Source: Faecalimonas sp. (GTDB lineage: Bacteria; Bacillota; Clostridia; Lachnospirales; Lachnospiraceae). Taken from it: a DNA stretch of 64,000 bases. Shown here one piece after another: positions 50,963 through 61,396 of the stretch. The position numbers and the translations under genes are program-made. Each line of letters begins with the position of its first letter. The stretch's first letter is position 1. The stretch is from contig JAZQXU010000037.1 of NCBI GenBank assembly GCA_045632945.1, positions 95,369 through 159,368 on the forward strand. Direction: 5' to 3'. The notes under the pieces were generated by a model, which was not told the origin of the DNA, ran no database searches, and was given only the letters and a program-made list of their open reading frames with translations.

Positions 50963-51970
50963 CTATTTTCTTGTAAACAAAATATCATGATTAACCATGG
51001 TATAATATTTTTCTTTAAACTGTGTATATTTCATCTTCGGCAGCCCCATCAGCCACATTAGTTTTGTAATGGTTGCTTCCAATGTCATATCATATGCTTC
51101 AATTAAATTGAAATCTTGCTTCACTTTCTTTCCGACTTCATATACTGTCATGTTGCTTCCTTCGTTAGCAACTTGCGTTGTCATAACAACAATCTTCCCA
51201 CGCTCTATCCATGCTCTCATCTCTGTATAAAAGCGTTCCATCATACTTTCCGGAAGACCGCCAACGCCAAAGCTCTCGATTACAATGGCATCATATGTTT
51301 CAAAGATATACCCTAATATATCAGAACTCATTCCCGGTATTACTTTGAGCAAATATACGCTATTGCGCATCTCGTGGTAGAAGGTAACCTCTCCCGTATG
51401 CGGAAAAGGTGGAATATAACGAATGACCTTTTCATCCTGTATCACAGCCGGATACGGAAAATTAATGCTTGAAAAAGCATTGTAGCTTTTTGCTCGTTCT
51501 TTCTTCGCACGAGTTCCAACAATTACTTTTCCATCAAAAACAATGTTGACATCCTGTGATTCATCATCTGACGCATATATAAAACTGTCAAGAAGATTTG
51601 TTTTCGCATCTGTCACGTCCATGTTAATAGGCTTTTGAGAGCCTGTAATCACAATCGGTTTTGCAGAATTTTGAATCATGTAAGACAATGCCGCTGCGGT
51701 ATAAGCAAGCGTGTCTGTACCATGACAAATCACAAAACCATCGTAGTCATCATAATGTTCTTCAATTGCTTTTGTCAACATGACCCAATGCTTAGGTGTA
51801 ACGTTCGTACTGTCTATATTGCATACCTGCAAGGTGTCTACTTCGCACACTTTTTGCACTTGTGGTATATAGGCCAATATGTCTTGGCTCGTTAACCCCG
51901 GCGCTAACCCATCTTCTGTCCACTTGGATGCAATTGTTCCACCGGTGCCAATCATCAGTATCCTTTTCAT
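50963..51970 (-). CDS. ansA: L-asparaginase (type I, cytoplasmic)
   Basis: TGGTIAS, HGTDT, TGSQ. Confidence 0.92.
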   Translation of the reverse strand: MKRILMIGTGGTIASKWTEDGLAPGLTSQDILAYIPQVQKVCEVDTLQVCNIDSTNVTPKHWVMLTKAIEEHYDDYDGFVICHGTDTLAYTAAALSYMIQNSAKPIVITGSQKPINMDVTDAKTNLLDSFIYASDDESQDVNIVFDGKVIVGTRAKKERAKSYNAFSSINFPYPAVIQDEKVIRYIPPFPHTGEVTFYHEMRNSVYLLKVIPGMSSDILGYIFETYDAIVIESFGVGGLPESMMERFYTEMRAWIERGKIVVMTTQVANEGSNMTVYEVGKKVKQDFNLIEAYDMTLEATITKLMWLMGLPKMKYTQFKEKYYTMVNHDILFTRK

Positions 51971-51993
51971 CCTTTTATCTCCTAAAAAGTATT

Positions 51994-52530
51994 CTATTTA
52001 AAATTTTTCTCTATTAAACCATCATATTCTTGAAAAGCTTCAGTCTTTTGCATTTCGTGGCGTAGCGACTCTCTCACGCCCTTGTAATACCATGCGATGG
52101 TTTCTTTATCATTCATTCGAAAACGTTTCCACAAATCCTCTCCACACTCCGGATAATCACGGTCAATATCTCGCATGTTAGAAAGCTTGTCCGCCAAGCC
52201 AATTATTTGAATCTCTCGTGGAGCCACCTTTAAATGTCGAATCGTATTACTTTTGCGCTCCATCCAAGTCTTTGATTTGTCTTCACTTTCTTGTAAAACC
52301 AGTTCGGCCACACGCTCTGAAAACTCTCTGCTTAGTAACTCTGCCGTCACTCCCACGCAATCCTCAATGGTGTCATGTAAAATCGCTGCACATATTACCT
52401 CGGTGTCTGCCGTCATCGTTGAAACAATATCCCCAACTTCCAAGGGATGTTGAATAAACGGTCGTTTTGTACCTTTTCGAACTTGTCCTTCATGTACCCG
52501 TGTTGCAAATGCAATCGCCTTCTCTATCAC
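51994..52530 (-). CDS. Mesh1-like HD hydrolase (small alarmone hydrolase family)
   Basis: H.GQ.RKG..PFI.HP, AAILHDTIED, LADKLSN. Confidence 0.85.
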   Translation of the reverse strand: MIEKAIAFATRVHEGQVRKGTKRPFIQHPLEVGDIVSTMTADTEVICAAILHDTIEDCVGVTAELLSREFSERVAELVLQESEDKSKTWMERKSNTIRHLKVAPREIQIIGLADKLSNMRDIDRDYPECGEDLWKRFRMNDKETIAWYYKGVRESLRHEMQKTEAFQEYDGLIEKNFK

Positions 52531-52711
52531 TTTTCAAACCGCCCTTTTGTTTTCTGCTATTATTATAAATCAATTCAAACTGCCAGTCTACCAATAAGTT
52601 TATTTTCTCAAAACAAAACAGCAAATCTTTCTTTATTGTGGCAAATTCATGTTCTTTGTGGTAAACTAAAAAAAGCAAGAAACAAACCATCTTAATTAGG
52701 GGGATATAAAA

Positions 52712-53446
52712 ATGAACAAAAAAACTGTACTTGTAACCGGAGCTTCAAGGGGAATCGGCCGTGACATCGCACTTGCATTTGCAAAAGAAGGTTATCATGT
52801 CTTCATCAACTGTCATAACTCTGTAACGGAATTAGACAAAGTATGTGCTGAGATTATGGCAATTCCGAATGCATCTTGCGATATGATAATCGGAGACGTG
52901 GGAAATCCGGAAGTTGTCAGTGATATGTTTAAAAAGATATATAAAAAATGCGACAACCTTGATGTCCTTGTGAACAACGCCGGTATTGCACATATTGGTC
53001 TTTTGAGTGAAATGTCAGACAAAGAATGGTATCGCTTAATTCAGACAAATTTATCTTCTGTATTCTACTGCAGCCGCGCAGTAATACCGAAAATGGTTTG
53101 TAATAAATCCGGGAAAATCATCAATATTTCTTCTATGTGGGGAACCACCGGTGCTTCTTGCGAGGCGGCATATTCAGCTGCTAAATCCGGTGTTCACGGA
53201 TTAACAAAAGCACTTGCCAAAGAATTGGCACCAAGCAACATTCAGGTAAACGCAATTGCCTGCGGAGTAATTGACACCAGCATGAATCAACAATTAAGTG
53301 ATGAGGAAAAAATTGTTCTGAAAAACGAGATTCCTGCAGGACGTTTCGGCACGACACAGGAAGTAGCTGACACAGTAATACAACTTGTTAACTCTCCTTC
53401 TTATCTGACCGGACAAGTAATTGGTCTTGATGGTGGATACATATAA
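52712..53446 (+). CDS. SDR oxidoreductase (FabG/YmfI-like)
   Basis: TGASRGIG, NNAG, SSMWG, YSAAK. Confidence 0.88.
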   Translation: MNKKTVLVTGASRGIGRDIALAFAKEGYHVFINCHNSVTELDKVCAEIMAIPNASCDMIIGDVGNPEVVSDMFKKIYKKCDNLDVLVNNAGIAHIGLLSEMSDKEWYRLIQTNLSSVFYCSRAVIPKMVCNKSGKIINISSMWGTTGASCEAAYSAAKSGVHGLTKALAKELAPSNIQVNAIACGVIDTSMNQQLSDEEKIVLKNEIPAGRFGTTQEVADTVIQLVNSPSYLTGQVIGLDGGYI

Positions 53447-53462
53447 AAAGGAGTTTCATAAT

Positions 53463-54113
53463 ATGAAAACTAAAAAAAATGATACACGTTGGGTAATCAG
53501 TGTTGCACTTATGGCTGCAATTGTGATTATACTTGCAAACACACCACTTGGTATGATTCAACTTCCGATTATCAAGGCAACAACTGTACATATCCCGGTT
53601 ATTATTGGCGCTATTTTGTTAGGTCCGTTAGCAGGTGGTGTTTTAGGGGCTGTTTTTGGGATTTGCTCATTGATTAGCAACACAATTGCACCGACACTTT
53701 TGTCTTTTTCTTTTTCACCATTTGCTTATTATACTTCACCGTTTGTACAAGAACCATCGCTTCTTAGCGCCTTGAGCACAATTTGGATTTCTGTCGGATG
53801 TCGCATTTTGATTGGTGTTGTAACCGGATGGCTTTGGATTTTAATCAAAAAATTAAAATTAAATAAAAACTTCTATCAAATAATCGCATTAGCCGTGACA
53901 GGATTTATAGGTTCTATGATAAACACTGTCACTGTAATGGGAAGCATATATATACTGTTTGCCCAGCAATACGCTCATGCGAAAGGAGTCGCAATTACTG
54001 CAGTTTGGGGACTTGTCATGACTACAGTAACAGCATCAGGAATACCGGAAGCAATCGCTGCGGCAATCTTAGTTGCTACAATTACAAAAGTACTTTTGAG
54101 AGTAAAACTTTAA
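53463..54113 (+). CDS. panT: ECF transporter S component, pantothenate-type
   Basis: TPLGMI...ATTVHIPVIIGAILLG; adjacent to coaBC. Confidence 0.8.
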   Translation: MKTKKNDTRWVISVALMAAIVIILANTPLGMIQLPIIKATTVHIPVIIGAILLGPLAGGVLGAVFGICSLISNTIAPTLLSFSFSPFAYYTSPFVQEPSLLSALSTIWISVGCRILIGVVTGWLWILIKKLKLNKNFYQIIALAVTGFIGSMINTVTVMGSIYILFAQQYAHAKGVAITAVWGLVMTTVTASGIPEAIAAAILVATITKVLLRVKL

Positions 54114-54146
54114 AATAGCGGGTGTCATTTGACATCCGCTATTATT
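54113..54146. terminator. Bidirectional terminator
   Basis: AATAGCGGGTGTCA-TT-TGACATCCGCTATT. Confidence 0.7.
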
Positions 54147-54155
54147 ATCGTAAAT

Positions 54156-55355
54156 CTATTTGTTTTTTCTCTGCCTCAAAATCTCATCCAAGATCTGTTC
54201 CGCAACCTCATCCTTGCTCATAATCTCAAGTGCTATTTCTTTTCCCGGTGTAATCATGGTAATTACATTCGTATCCACTCCAAATCCGGCACCTGCTTGC
54301 TTCAAATTATTTGCAACAATCATATCCAGATTCTTGTGAATAAGTTTTCTTCGGGAATTTTCAAGCATATCTTTTGTTTCCATCGAAAAGCCACATAAAA
54401 ACTGACCCGGACGTTTGTTGAAACCAAGATATTTCAAAATATCCTTGGTGCGCTCTACAGAAATTGACATGTCGTCATCCATTTTTTTAATCTTTTCATC
54501 ACTCACTGCTGTTGGTGTATAATCTGCCACAGCCGCTGCCTTGATAATAATGTCTTGCTTATCCGCGCGGGTCGTCACAGCCTCAAACATTTCTTCTGCA
54601 CTTCTTATGTTTACGACATCAACAAAACGCGGTTTTTCAATCGACGTTTCACCTGTGACCAAAGTAACATTTGCGCCTCGAAGCATAGCATTTCTTGCAA
54701 TCGCATACCCCATCTTTCCTGTAGAATGATTGGTAATATAACGAACCGGATCCAGCGCTTCCTGCGTTGCTCCCGCCGTTACAAGCACATTCATGCCTTT
54801 CATATCTTTCTCAAAAGCAATGGTTTTCAAAATATAATCCAAAAGCACATCCGTATCAGGAAGTTTCCCTTCTCCGATATCTTTGCATGCTAACACACCT
54901 GTGGCAGGTTCAATAATTTCAAAACCATAATGTCTCAAAATCTCAATATTATCTTGCGTAATTGGATTATGAAGCATCTGCGTATTCATTGCCGGTGACA
55001 CAATCTTCGGACAAGTACATGCCAAAACAGTTGTGGTCAACATATCGTCTGCTAATCCGTGCGCCATTTTTGCAATTACATTTGCCGTAGCAGGTGCAAT
55101 AAGCACCACGTCCGCCTGCTTTGAAAGAGCTACATGTTCCACACTATATTGGAAATTTCGGTCAAATGTATCTACAAGACATTTGTTATTCGTCAATGTT
55201 TCGAATGTAATTGGATTTATAAAATTAGTAGCGTTCTTAGTCATAATTACATGTACATTGCAATGAAGTTTTGAAAGCTTACTTGCAAGATCTGCAATTT
55301 TATAAGCCGCAATGCTACCTGTCACTCCAAGAATGACTGTTTTTTCTTTTAACAT
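54156..55355 (-). CDS. coaBC: Phosphopantothenoylcysteine decarboxylase/ligase
   Basis: GSIAAYK, PATAN, PAMN, DPVRYITNHSTGKMG, AAVADY. Confidence 0.96.
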   Translation of the reverse strand: MLKEKTVILGVTGSIAAYKIADLASKLSKLHCNVHVIMTKNATNFINPITFETLTNNKCLVDTFDRNFQYSVEHVALSKQADVVLIAPATANVIAKMAHGLADDMLTTTVLACTCPKIVSPAMNTQMLHNPITQDNIEILRHYGFEIIEPATGVLACKDIGEGKLPDTDVLLDYILKTIAFEKDMKGMNVLVTAGATQEALDPVRYITNHSTGKMGYAIARNAMLRGANVTLVTGETSIEKPRFVDVVNIRSAEEMFEAVTTRADKQDIIIKAAAVADYTPTAVSDEKIKKMDDDMSISVERTKDILKYLGFNKRPGQFLCGFSMETKDMLENSRRKLIHKNLDMIVANNLKQAGAGFGVDTNVITMITPGKEIALEIMSKDEVAEQILDEILRQRKNK

Positions 55356-55370
55356 TAATATCTCTCCCAA

Positions 55371-55901
55371 CTATCTTATCAACTTCTGTATCTTTTTACT
55401 GGTCTCTGTTCCTGCCACCTTCAAAAGTTCGAACAATAAAGACTCATAGGTTGTCACAATGGCACCTTCCTGGCGTGCACGCTCAAGCGCAACCTGCTTG
55501 TCCGCTTCCTTTCGACTGGAAATGCAGTCTGCAACCAACACAGGCAAAAATCCTGCTTCCCTTAAATCGATTACCGTCTGAAGCACGCAGATGTGCGCCT
55601 CAATACCACACACAATAATATATTTCTTGGCGCTGATTTTGTCCTTCACGCAATCAAATGCTGTAAATGACAGTTTGTCCGTGTAAGCCGTATCCTCAGC
55701 CGCATCTGTAATCTCTTTGATACTTGTTCCAAGTCCCTTTGTATACTGTTGTGTAATATACATCGGAATATCTAAAATCTTAAGACCTTTGAGCAAAATC
55801 TGCGAATTGTGAATAAGCTGTTCCTTTTCATGCATTACCGGAACCAGTTTTTCCTGATAATCCACCACAATAGCAGCAGCGTGCTCTCTTTCGATTCTCA
55901 T
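55371..55901 (-). CDS. Isochorismatase-like hydrolase (YcaC-related)
   Basis: VDYQEKL, TQQY.KGLG, GIEAHICVLQT. Confidence 0.88.
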   Translation of the reverse strand: MRIEREHAAAIVVDYQEKLVPVMHEKEQLIHNSQILLKGLKILDIPMYITQQYTKGLGTSIKEITDAAEDTAYTDKLSFTAFDCVKDKISAKKYIIVCGIEAHICVLQTVIDLREAGFLPVLVADCISSRKEADKQVALERARQEGAIVTTYESLLFELLKVAGTETSKKIQKLIR

Positions 55902-55912
55902 GGCAATTCCTC

Positions 55913-56665
55913 CTATTTCAAATCCAATTCCACCGGACAATGGTCTGAACCCATAATATCCGTCAAAATCTTAGCATCTGCCAAACGTTCTTTCAAACAC
56001 TCTGACACGCAGAAATAATCAATTCTCCATCCGGCATTTTTAGCTCTTGCACTAAAACGATAAGACCACCACGAGTATATTCCTTCCGCATCCGGATAAA
56101 AATATCGAAATGTGTCAATAAATCCGGCATCTAGTACCTCGCCAAACTTCCCACGCTCTTCGTCAGTAAATCCGGCATTCTTACGGTTCGTCTTTGGATT
56201 TTTAAGGTCTATTTCCTGATGTGCCACATTGAGGTCACCACAGAAAATCACACCCTTCTTCTCTTCCAATTTCTTTAAATACAAAAGAAAATCCGTTTCC
56301 CATTGCATCCGATAATCTAGTCGTTTCAGCTCATCCTGAGAATTCGGTGTATAAACGGTCACCATGTAGAAATCCTCAAACTCTAACGTGATCACACGCC
56401 CTTCATGGTCATGCTCTTCTATTCCAATACCATATTGTACAGAAATCGGCTCCTGCTTTGTAAAAATAGCAGTTCCCGAATATCCCTTTTTCTCTGCATA
56501 ATTCCAATATTGATAATATCCTTCCAGGTCCAATGCCAACTGCCCTTCCTGCATCTTGCTTTCTTGAATACAGAAAATATCCGCATCTATCTCACGAAAA
56601 AAATCTAAAAATCCTTTTTGCACACAAGCACGTATTCCGTTTACATTCCACGAAATCAATTTCAT
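55913..56665 (-). CDS. xth: Exodeoxyribonuclease III / AP endonuclease
   Basis: SWNVNG, QESK, GDLNVAH, WRIDY, SDHCP. Confidence 0.95.
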   Translation of the reverse strand: MKLISWNVNGIRACVQKGFLDFFREIDADIFCIQESKMQEGQLALDLEGYYQYWNYAEKKGYSGTAIFTKQEPISVQYGIGIEEHDHEGRVITLEFEDFYMVTVYTPNSQDELKRLDYRMQWETDFLLYLKKLEEKKGVIFCGDLNVAHQEIDLKNPKTNRKNAGFTDEERGKFGEVLDAGFIDTFRYFYPDAEGIYSWWSYRFSARAKNAGWRIDYFCVSECLKERLADAKILTDIMGSDHCPVELDLK

Positions 56666-56679
56666 CGATATTTGTCTCC

Positions 56680-57132
56680 CTATTTTTCTAATATCTTCTT
56701 AATCTCTGACATAAATGTATTGACGTCCTTGAACTCACGATAAATAGATGCAAATCGAACGTACGCAACTTCGTCCAATTCTTTTAGTTTTGCCATAACA
56801 ATTTCACCAATAACGCTGGTCGGAATCTCTTTTTCCTCACGACTAAAAATCTCAGTCTCTATTTTCTCAATAGTTCTTTGGATATCTTCGGCTGAAATCG
56901 GACGTTTATAACAAGCTCTTAAGATACCGCCTTCAATCTTAGAACGATTATACTGCTCTCGATTATTATCTTTCTTAATAACAATTAGCGGAATCGTCTC
57001 CACTTTTTCATATGTTGTAAAACGTTTTCCACACTCATCACAGCAGCGTCTTCTACGTATAGTACTTCCATCCTCCGCCGGTCTTGAGTCTATAACTCTT
57101 GTATCTGTTGCACTACAATATGGACATTTCAT
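56680..57132 (-). CDS. nrdR: Transcriptional repressor NrdR
   Basis: [24 protein letters not shown]-cone, AYVRFASIY. Confidence 0.96.
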   Translation of the reverse strand: MKCPYCSATDTRVIDSRPAEDGSTIRRRRCCDECGKRFTTYEKVETIPLIVIKKDNNREQYNRSKIEGGILRACYKRPISAEDIQRTIEKIETEIFSREEKEIPTSVIGEIVMAKLKELDEVAYVRFASIYREFKDVNTFMSEIKKILEK

Positions 57133-57188
57133 CTCATTTGCCTCCCGGTAAAATAAATCTACCATATTATTCTAACAGAAACGGTTTA

Positions 57189-57446
57189 CTATTTGCAACC
57201 TTTCATACATTTTTCCTCGCTAATTTCCACCATAATAAAATCTTCACCAATCTTTTTTATACAATCAAACGGTACAACAAACTCACAATCACTTCCAAAA
57301 AGACTACACAGTTTGGCTTTCTCCGGTATGACAAGAGCCTCTATACAACCGGTACACAAATCAAATACCAAATCTTCCACACATCCCAATCGTTTGCATG
57401 TGCATAAATTGATTACCTCTTTTTCACGAAGTTCACAAAGTCTCAT
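57189..57446 (-). CDS. ylmC: YlmC/YmxH family sporulation protein (PRC barrel)
   Basis: LREKEVIN...RLG.V.D...I.KIGED.I.V. Confidence 0.88.
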   Translation of the reverse strand: MRLCELREKEVINLCTCKRLGCVEDLVFDLCTGCIEALVIPEKAKLCSLFGSDCEFVVPFDCIKKIGEDFIMVEISEEKCMKGCK

Positions 57447-57525
57447 AGTATCACCTTTTTACATATCCTATAGTCTAATATATGCAAAACAACGATTTAT
57501 GTCCCCTTTCCATGTGCTTCCAAAT

Positions 57526-57554
57526 TTTCACATTTTTTTCACACATCTTTCACA
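57526..57554 (+). promoter_or_regulatory. Three TTTCACA direct repeats with 11-bp period (OmpR/PhoP-type operator)
   Basis: TTTCACA starts at 57526, 57537 and 57548, upstream of a TATGAT -10 and the VTC operon. Confidence 0.6.
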
Positions 57555-57620
57555 GTTCGTTTATTATTTGGTTTTATGATTGTTATGGTGTGAAAAATAT
57601 TAGCACAAGGAGATATACTC

Positions 57621-58349
57621 ATGTCATATCAGACAATTTTCAAACGGCATGAAATGAAATACATACTGACGAAAGAACAAAAAGATAAGGTTGTAAAAGC
57701 AATGAGCACCTATATGTCACCGGATAAATACGGTCGCACAACCATTCGAAATCTCTATTTCGATACCGATAATTACCGTCTGATTCGACGTTCTATTGAA
57801 AAACCAGTCTACAAAGAAAAACTTCGCATTCGTAGTTATCACCAAGCTGATTCAAATACTCCTGTTTTTGTGGAGTTGAAAAAGAAATACAAAGGCGTGG
57901 TATACAAACGACGTATCCTGCTTTCGGAACAGGATGCTATGGCCTGGTTGTACGAAGGTGAATTTTCTTCCAAGAGAACACAGATTGTAGATGAAATAGA
58001 CTATTTCATGGAGTATTATGGCAATTTACACCCGACTGTTTTTCTGTCCTATGAGCGAGAAGCATATTATGCAAAAGACGGTTCTGAATTACGCGTGACC
58101 TTTGACGAAAACATACGCTGTCGCCAATCGGACTTGTCACTGAAATCAGATACTAATGGTAGACTCATTCTAAATGATGAACTGACATTGATGGAAATCA
58201 AATGTGTCGGTGGGATTCCTTTGTGGATGACTCATCTACTGACTGAGGAGCGCATTTTTAAAACATCATTTTCCAAATATGGAACCGCATATCAAACACT
58301 CATATTTCCAAAACTAAAGGAGGAAACAATTTATGGAAACATTATTTAA
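57621..58349 (+). CDS. VTC-domain (polyphosphate polymerase / CYTH-like) protein
   Basis: FKRHEMKY, LYFDT, KEKLRIRSY, ELKKK, LRVTFD, MEIK, FSKY. Confidence 0.9.
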   Translation: MSYQTIFKRHEMKYILTKEQKDKVVKAMSTYMSPDKYGRTTIRNLYFDTDNYRLIRRSIEKPVYKEKLRIRSYHQADSNTPVFVELKKKYKGVVYKRRILLSEQDAMAWLYEGEFSSKRTQIVDEIDYFMEYYGNLHPTVFLSYEREAYYAKDGSELRVTFDENIRCRQSDLSLKSDTNGRLILNDELTLMEIKCVGGIPLWMTHLLTEERIFKTSFSKYGTAYQTLIFPKLKEETIYGNII

Positions 58350-59025
58350 AGGAATTTTTGATACAGAACTAACATCTGTAATAAGTGTAAAGGATTTTTT
58401 GTTGTGTATCGGGATATCGTTGATCATCGGGCTGATAATTGCGTTCAGCTATATGTATAAAACTCGTTATACCAAAAGTTTTGTGGTAACACTTGCACTT
58501 TTGCCGGCTGTTGTCTGCGTTGTCATTATGATGGTTAACGGAAATGTAGGAACCGGCGTAGCGGTTGCCGGAGCATTTAGTCTCGTTCGTTTTCGTTCTG
58601 TTCCGGGAACAGCCAAAGAAATAGGAACTTTATTTCTGGCCATGGGTGCAGGGCTCATAGCAGGTATGGGTTATCTTGGATATGCTGTTTTATTTGCTAT
58701 CATTTTGTGTGCCATATTCTTACTTTACAGCCAACTTGATTTCGGCGCAAAGAAAAAATCTGCCATATACAAAACACTTGGCATTACCATTCCGGAGGAC
58801 TTGGATTATACCGGTGTATTTGATGAGATTTTTTCCCAATACACCACTTCTTATGAACTTACTAATGTAAAGACTACCAATATGGGAAGTCTGTTTCGAT
58901 TGACATATGATATCGTACTGGAAGATGCCACAAAAGAAAAAGAATTCATTGATAAACTTCGTTGTCGCAATGGCAATCTGGAAATCAATATTTCAAAACA
59001 ATCAACCATGACAACAGAACTTTAA
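58333..59025 (+). CDS. DUF4956 membrane protein
   Basis: AVAGAFSLVRFRSVPG.AKEI; C-terminal ELTNVKTTNMGSLF. Confidence 0.9.
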   Translation: METLFKGIFDTELTSVISVKDFLLCIGISLIIGLIIAFSYMYKTRYTKSFVVTLALLPAVVCVVIMMVNGNVGTGVAVAGAFSLVRFRSVPGTAKEIGTLFLAMGAGLIAGMGYLGYAVLFAIILCAIFLLYSQLDFGAKKKSAIYKTLGITIPEDLDYTGVFDEIFSQYTTSYELTNVKTTNMGSLFRLTYDIVLEDATKEKEFIDKLRCRNGNLEINISKQSTMTTEL

Positions 59026-59046
59026 AATGTTAGGAGGCATGACTTG

Positions 59047-60906
59047 ATGAAGAATACGAATAAACTTCTCGCACTGCTTTTAGTAAGCATACTCTGCCTG
59101 GCAGGCTGCGGGAAAAATACAACTACCGAAGATGCCAACCCCAACGACAGTACAAATGAAAATACTGCTGCTATCATTGAAGATGACATGTTTACAGAGC
59201 GCGATTATAAAGCAGATTACAACGAGAATAGTTCCGTATCAATTACCCTAAACGGTAATTCCGTTCATTGCGAATCGGATGCAGTACAAATCAAAAACAA
59301 CACGATTATTCTTTCAGAAGAAGGTACCTATATTTTCTCCGGCACCTTAAGTGATGGCATGATTATGGTAGACGCAGACGAAAATGCTAAAATTCAAATT
59401 GTTCTAAACGGTGCGTCTATCACAAAAAGCACTTCTGCTGCACTTTACGTTTTGGAGGCTGATAAGGTTTTTGTAACTTTGTCTGATGGCACAACAAACA
59501 AATTAGAAAATGCTGGTTCGTTTGAATCGTTTGACGACAACAATATTGATGGCACTATCTTTTCCAAACAAGATCTGACTTTCAACGGTTCAGGGGCCCT
59601 CAGCGTGGTTTCACCGACTGGACATGGAATTGTTTGCAAGGATGACCTTGTTTTCACGGGCGGAACTTATACCGTCAATTCTGCATCTCACGGACTTGAC
59701 GCAAATGATAGCGTAAGAATCACGCAGGCTTCGATTACCGTTGCTTCTGGAAAAGATGGAATCCATGCGGAAAACTCGGATGACACAACACTTGGTTTTG
59801 TATATGTAAAAGATGGAACCTTAGACATTTCCGCAGAAGGCGATGGCATTAGTTCCGGTAATTCTATGCAGATTAATAACGGAACGTTTTCCATTGTCTC
59901 AGGTGGCGGTAGCGAAAATTCAACCAAACAATCTTCTGACTCATGGGGTAACTTTATGGGTGGTCCCGGCGGCGGCATGGGCGGTCCCGGTGGCAATATG
60001 GGTGGTGGTCGTCCGGGTCGCAGTACAACAAATGATTCCGGCTCAACTGATACCTCAACTTCATCCTCAGAATCAGATGACAGCAGCACAAGTATTAAAG
60101 CAATTAAATCATCCGGAAGTATGCTAATCAAAGGTGGAGTATTTACAATTGACTCCGCAGATGACTCTGTTCACTCAAATGCTTCCATCACTGTAAACGG
60201 TGGCGCTTTTACTATTGCTTCGGGGGATGATGCGTTCCACGCAGATGAAACACTTACAATTACAGCCGGAACGATTGATATCAGCGAAAGTTACGAAGGA
60301 TTAGAAGCTCTCGATATACTTGTTTCCAGTGGCGACATTAAACTGGTAGCCAGTGACGACGGATTGAATGCTGCCGGTGGTACAGATGAAAGCGGATACG
60401 GTGGCGCTCGCGGAAACGAGCAATTCGGTGGTCGCGGTGGCATGGGTGGTCCCGGCGGAATGGGCGGCTCCTCTTCTTCCAATGGAAGTATAAAAATCAC
60501 CGGCGGAAACCTATATATCAATGCATCCGGCGATGGAATTGATGCTAACGGAACGTTGGAAATTACCGGTGGACACACGACTGTATGTGGCCCAACTCGA
60601 GGTGATACTGCAACTCTCGACTATGATTCAAGCGCTAGGATTTCCGGGGGAACTTTTATCGGAACAGGTGCTTCCGGTATGGCACAGACCTTCAGCGATT
60701 CTGAGCAAGGTGTTTTTGCAGTCAGTGTTGGAAATCAAGCTGCCGGTACAAAGATTGAATTAACGGATTCTAAAGGAAATGTGGTAATCTCTTATGCCCC
60801 AGAACTCTCCTTTGCAGTGGTTATTTTAAGTAGCCCTGATGTTAAAAAGGGGGAAACATATACCATTACCGTTGGAACAACATCTGGAGAATTTGAAGCA
60901 AGTTAA
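59047..60906 (+). CDS. DUF4353 (Cthe_2159-like) beta-helix lipoprotein
   Basis: Lipobox LAGC; GTY..SG.L..G, repeated I.GG...I.A.DDG, DGIDANG; Gly/Met/Pro-rich loops. Confidence 0.88.
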   Translation: MKNTNKLLALLLVSILCLAGCGKNTTTEDANPNDSTNENTAAIIEDDMFTERDYKADYNENSSVSITLNGNSVHCESDAVQIKNNTIILSEEGTYIFSGTLSDGMIMVDADENAKIQIVLNGASITKSTSAALYVLEADKVFVTLSDGTTNKLENAGSFESFDDNNIDGTIFSKQDLTFNGSGALSVVSPTGHGIVCKDDLVFTGGTYTVNSASHGLDANDSVRITQASITVASGKDGIHAENSDDTTLGFVYVKDGTLDISAEGDGISSGNSMQINNGTFSIVSGGGSENSTKQSSDSWGNFMGGPGGGMGGPGGNMGGGRPGRSTTNDSGSTDTSTSSSESDDSSTSIKAIKSSGSMLIKGGVFTIDSADDSVHSNASITVNGGAFTIASGDDAFHADETLTITAGTIDISESYEGLEALDILVSSGDIKLVASDDGLNAAGGTDESGYGGARGNEQFGGRGGMGGPGGMGGSSSSNGSIKITGGNLYINASGDGIDANGTLEITGGHTTVCGPTRGDTATLDYDSSARISGGTFIGTGASGMAQTFSDSEQGVFAVSVGNQAAGTKIELTDSKGNVVISYAPELSFAVVILSSPDVKKGETYTITVGTTSGEFEAS

Positions 60907-60923
60907 GGAGATCTAATATACCA

Positions 60924-60970
60924 AAAGACCATATGAACTGAGATTCTATTTCTCCGCCCATATGGTCTTT
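60924..60970. terminator. Terminator between the VTC operon and cdd
   Basis: AAAGACCATATG ... CATATGGTCTTT, 12-bp inverted repeat. Confidence 0.7.
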
Positions 60971-60991
60971 ATAGTTCATTACCATATTTTC

Positions 60992-61396
60992 CTACTGTAT
61001 ATTTTCCGGTCTGAAACTTACCGGCAGTAGCTGTGCTAACGTATAAGTTTCTATTCCTTCTGGTGTTAACAAATGGATATCAAAATTATCTTCGCAAAAT
61101 TCACGCATGACCTGTCTGCACGCACCACATGGCGGGAATACCCCCTCTATTACGCCATCCTTTCCACCACAGATTGCAATTGCTGCAAATTCTTTTTTAC
61201 CTTCGCTTACAGCCTTAAAAATTGCCGTGCGCTCTGCACAATTTGTCACAGAAAAACTTGCATTTTCCACATTGCAACCGGTATATACACTACCATCTTT
61301 GCAAAGAAGTGCCGCTCCTACTTTGTATCCTGAATATGGGCTATATGCCTTCTGCATAGCCTCTTTTGCCATTGTAGTTAATTGTTCTTTCGTCAT
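60992..61396 (-). CDS. cdd: Cytidine deaminase (homotetrameric type)
   Basis: AYSPYS..VGAA, NVENAS, CAER, PCGACRQ. Confidence 0.95.
   Translation of the reverse strand: MTKEQLTTMAKEAMQKAYSPYSGYKVGAALLCKDGSVYTGCNVENASFSVTNCAERTAIFKAVSEGKKEFAAIAICGGKDGVIEGVFPPCGACRQVMREFCEDNFDIHLLTPEGIETYTLAQLLPVSFRPENIQ

Noticed and set aside
59955-60470. GC-rich GGTGGTCCCGGCGG repeats
   Set aside because: Encode the Gly/Met/Pro loops of the DUF4353 protein; not a DNA repeat array
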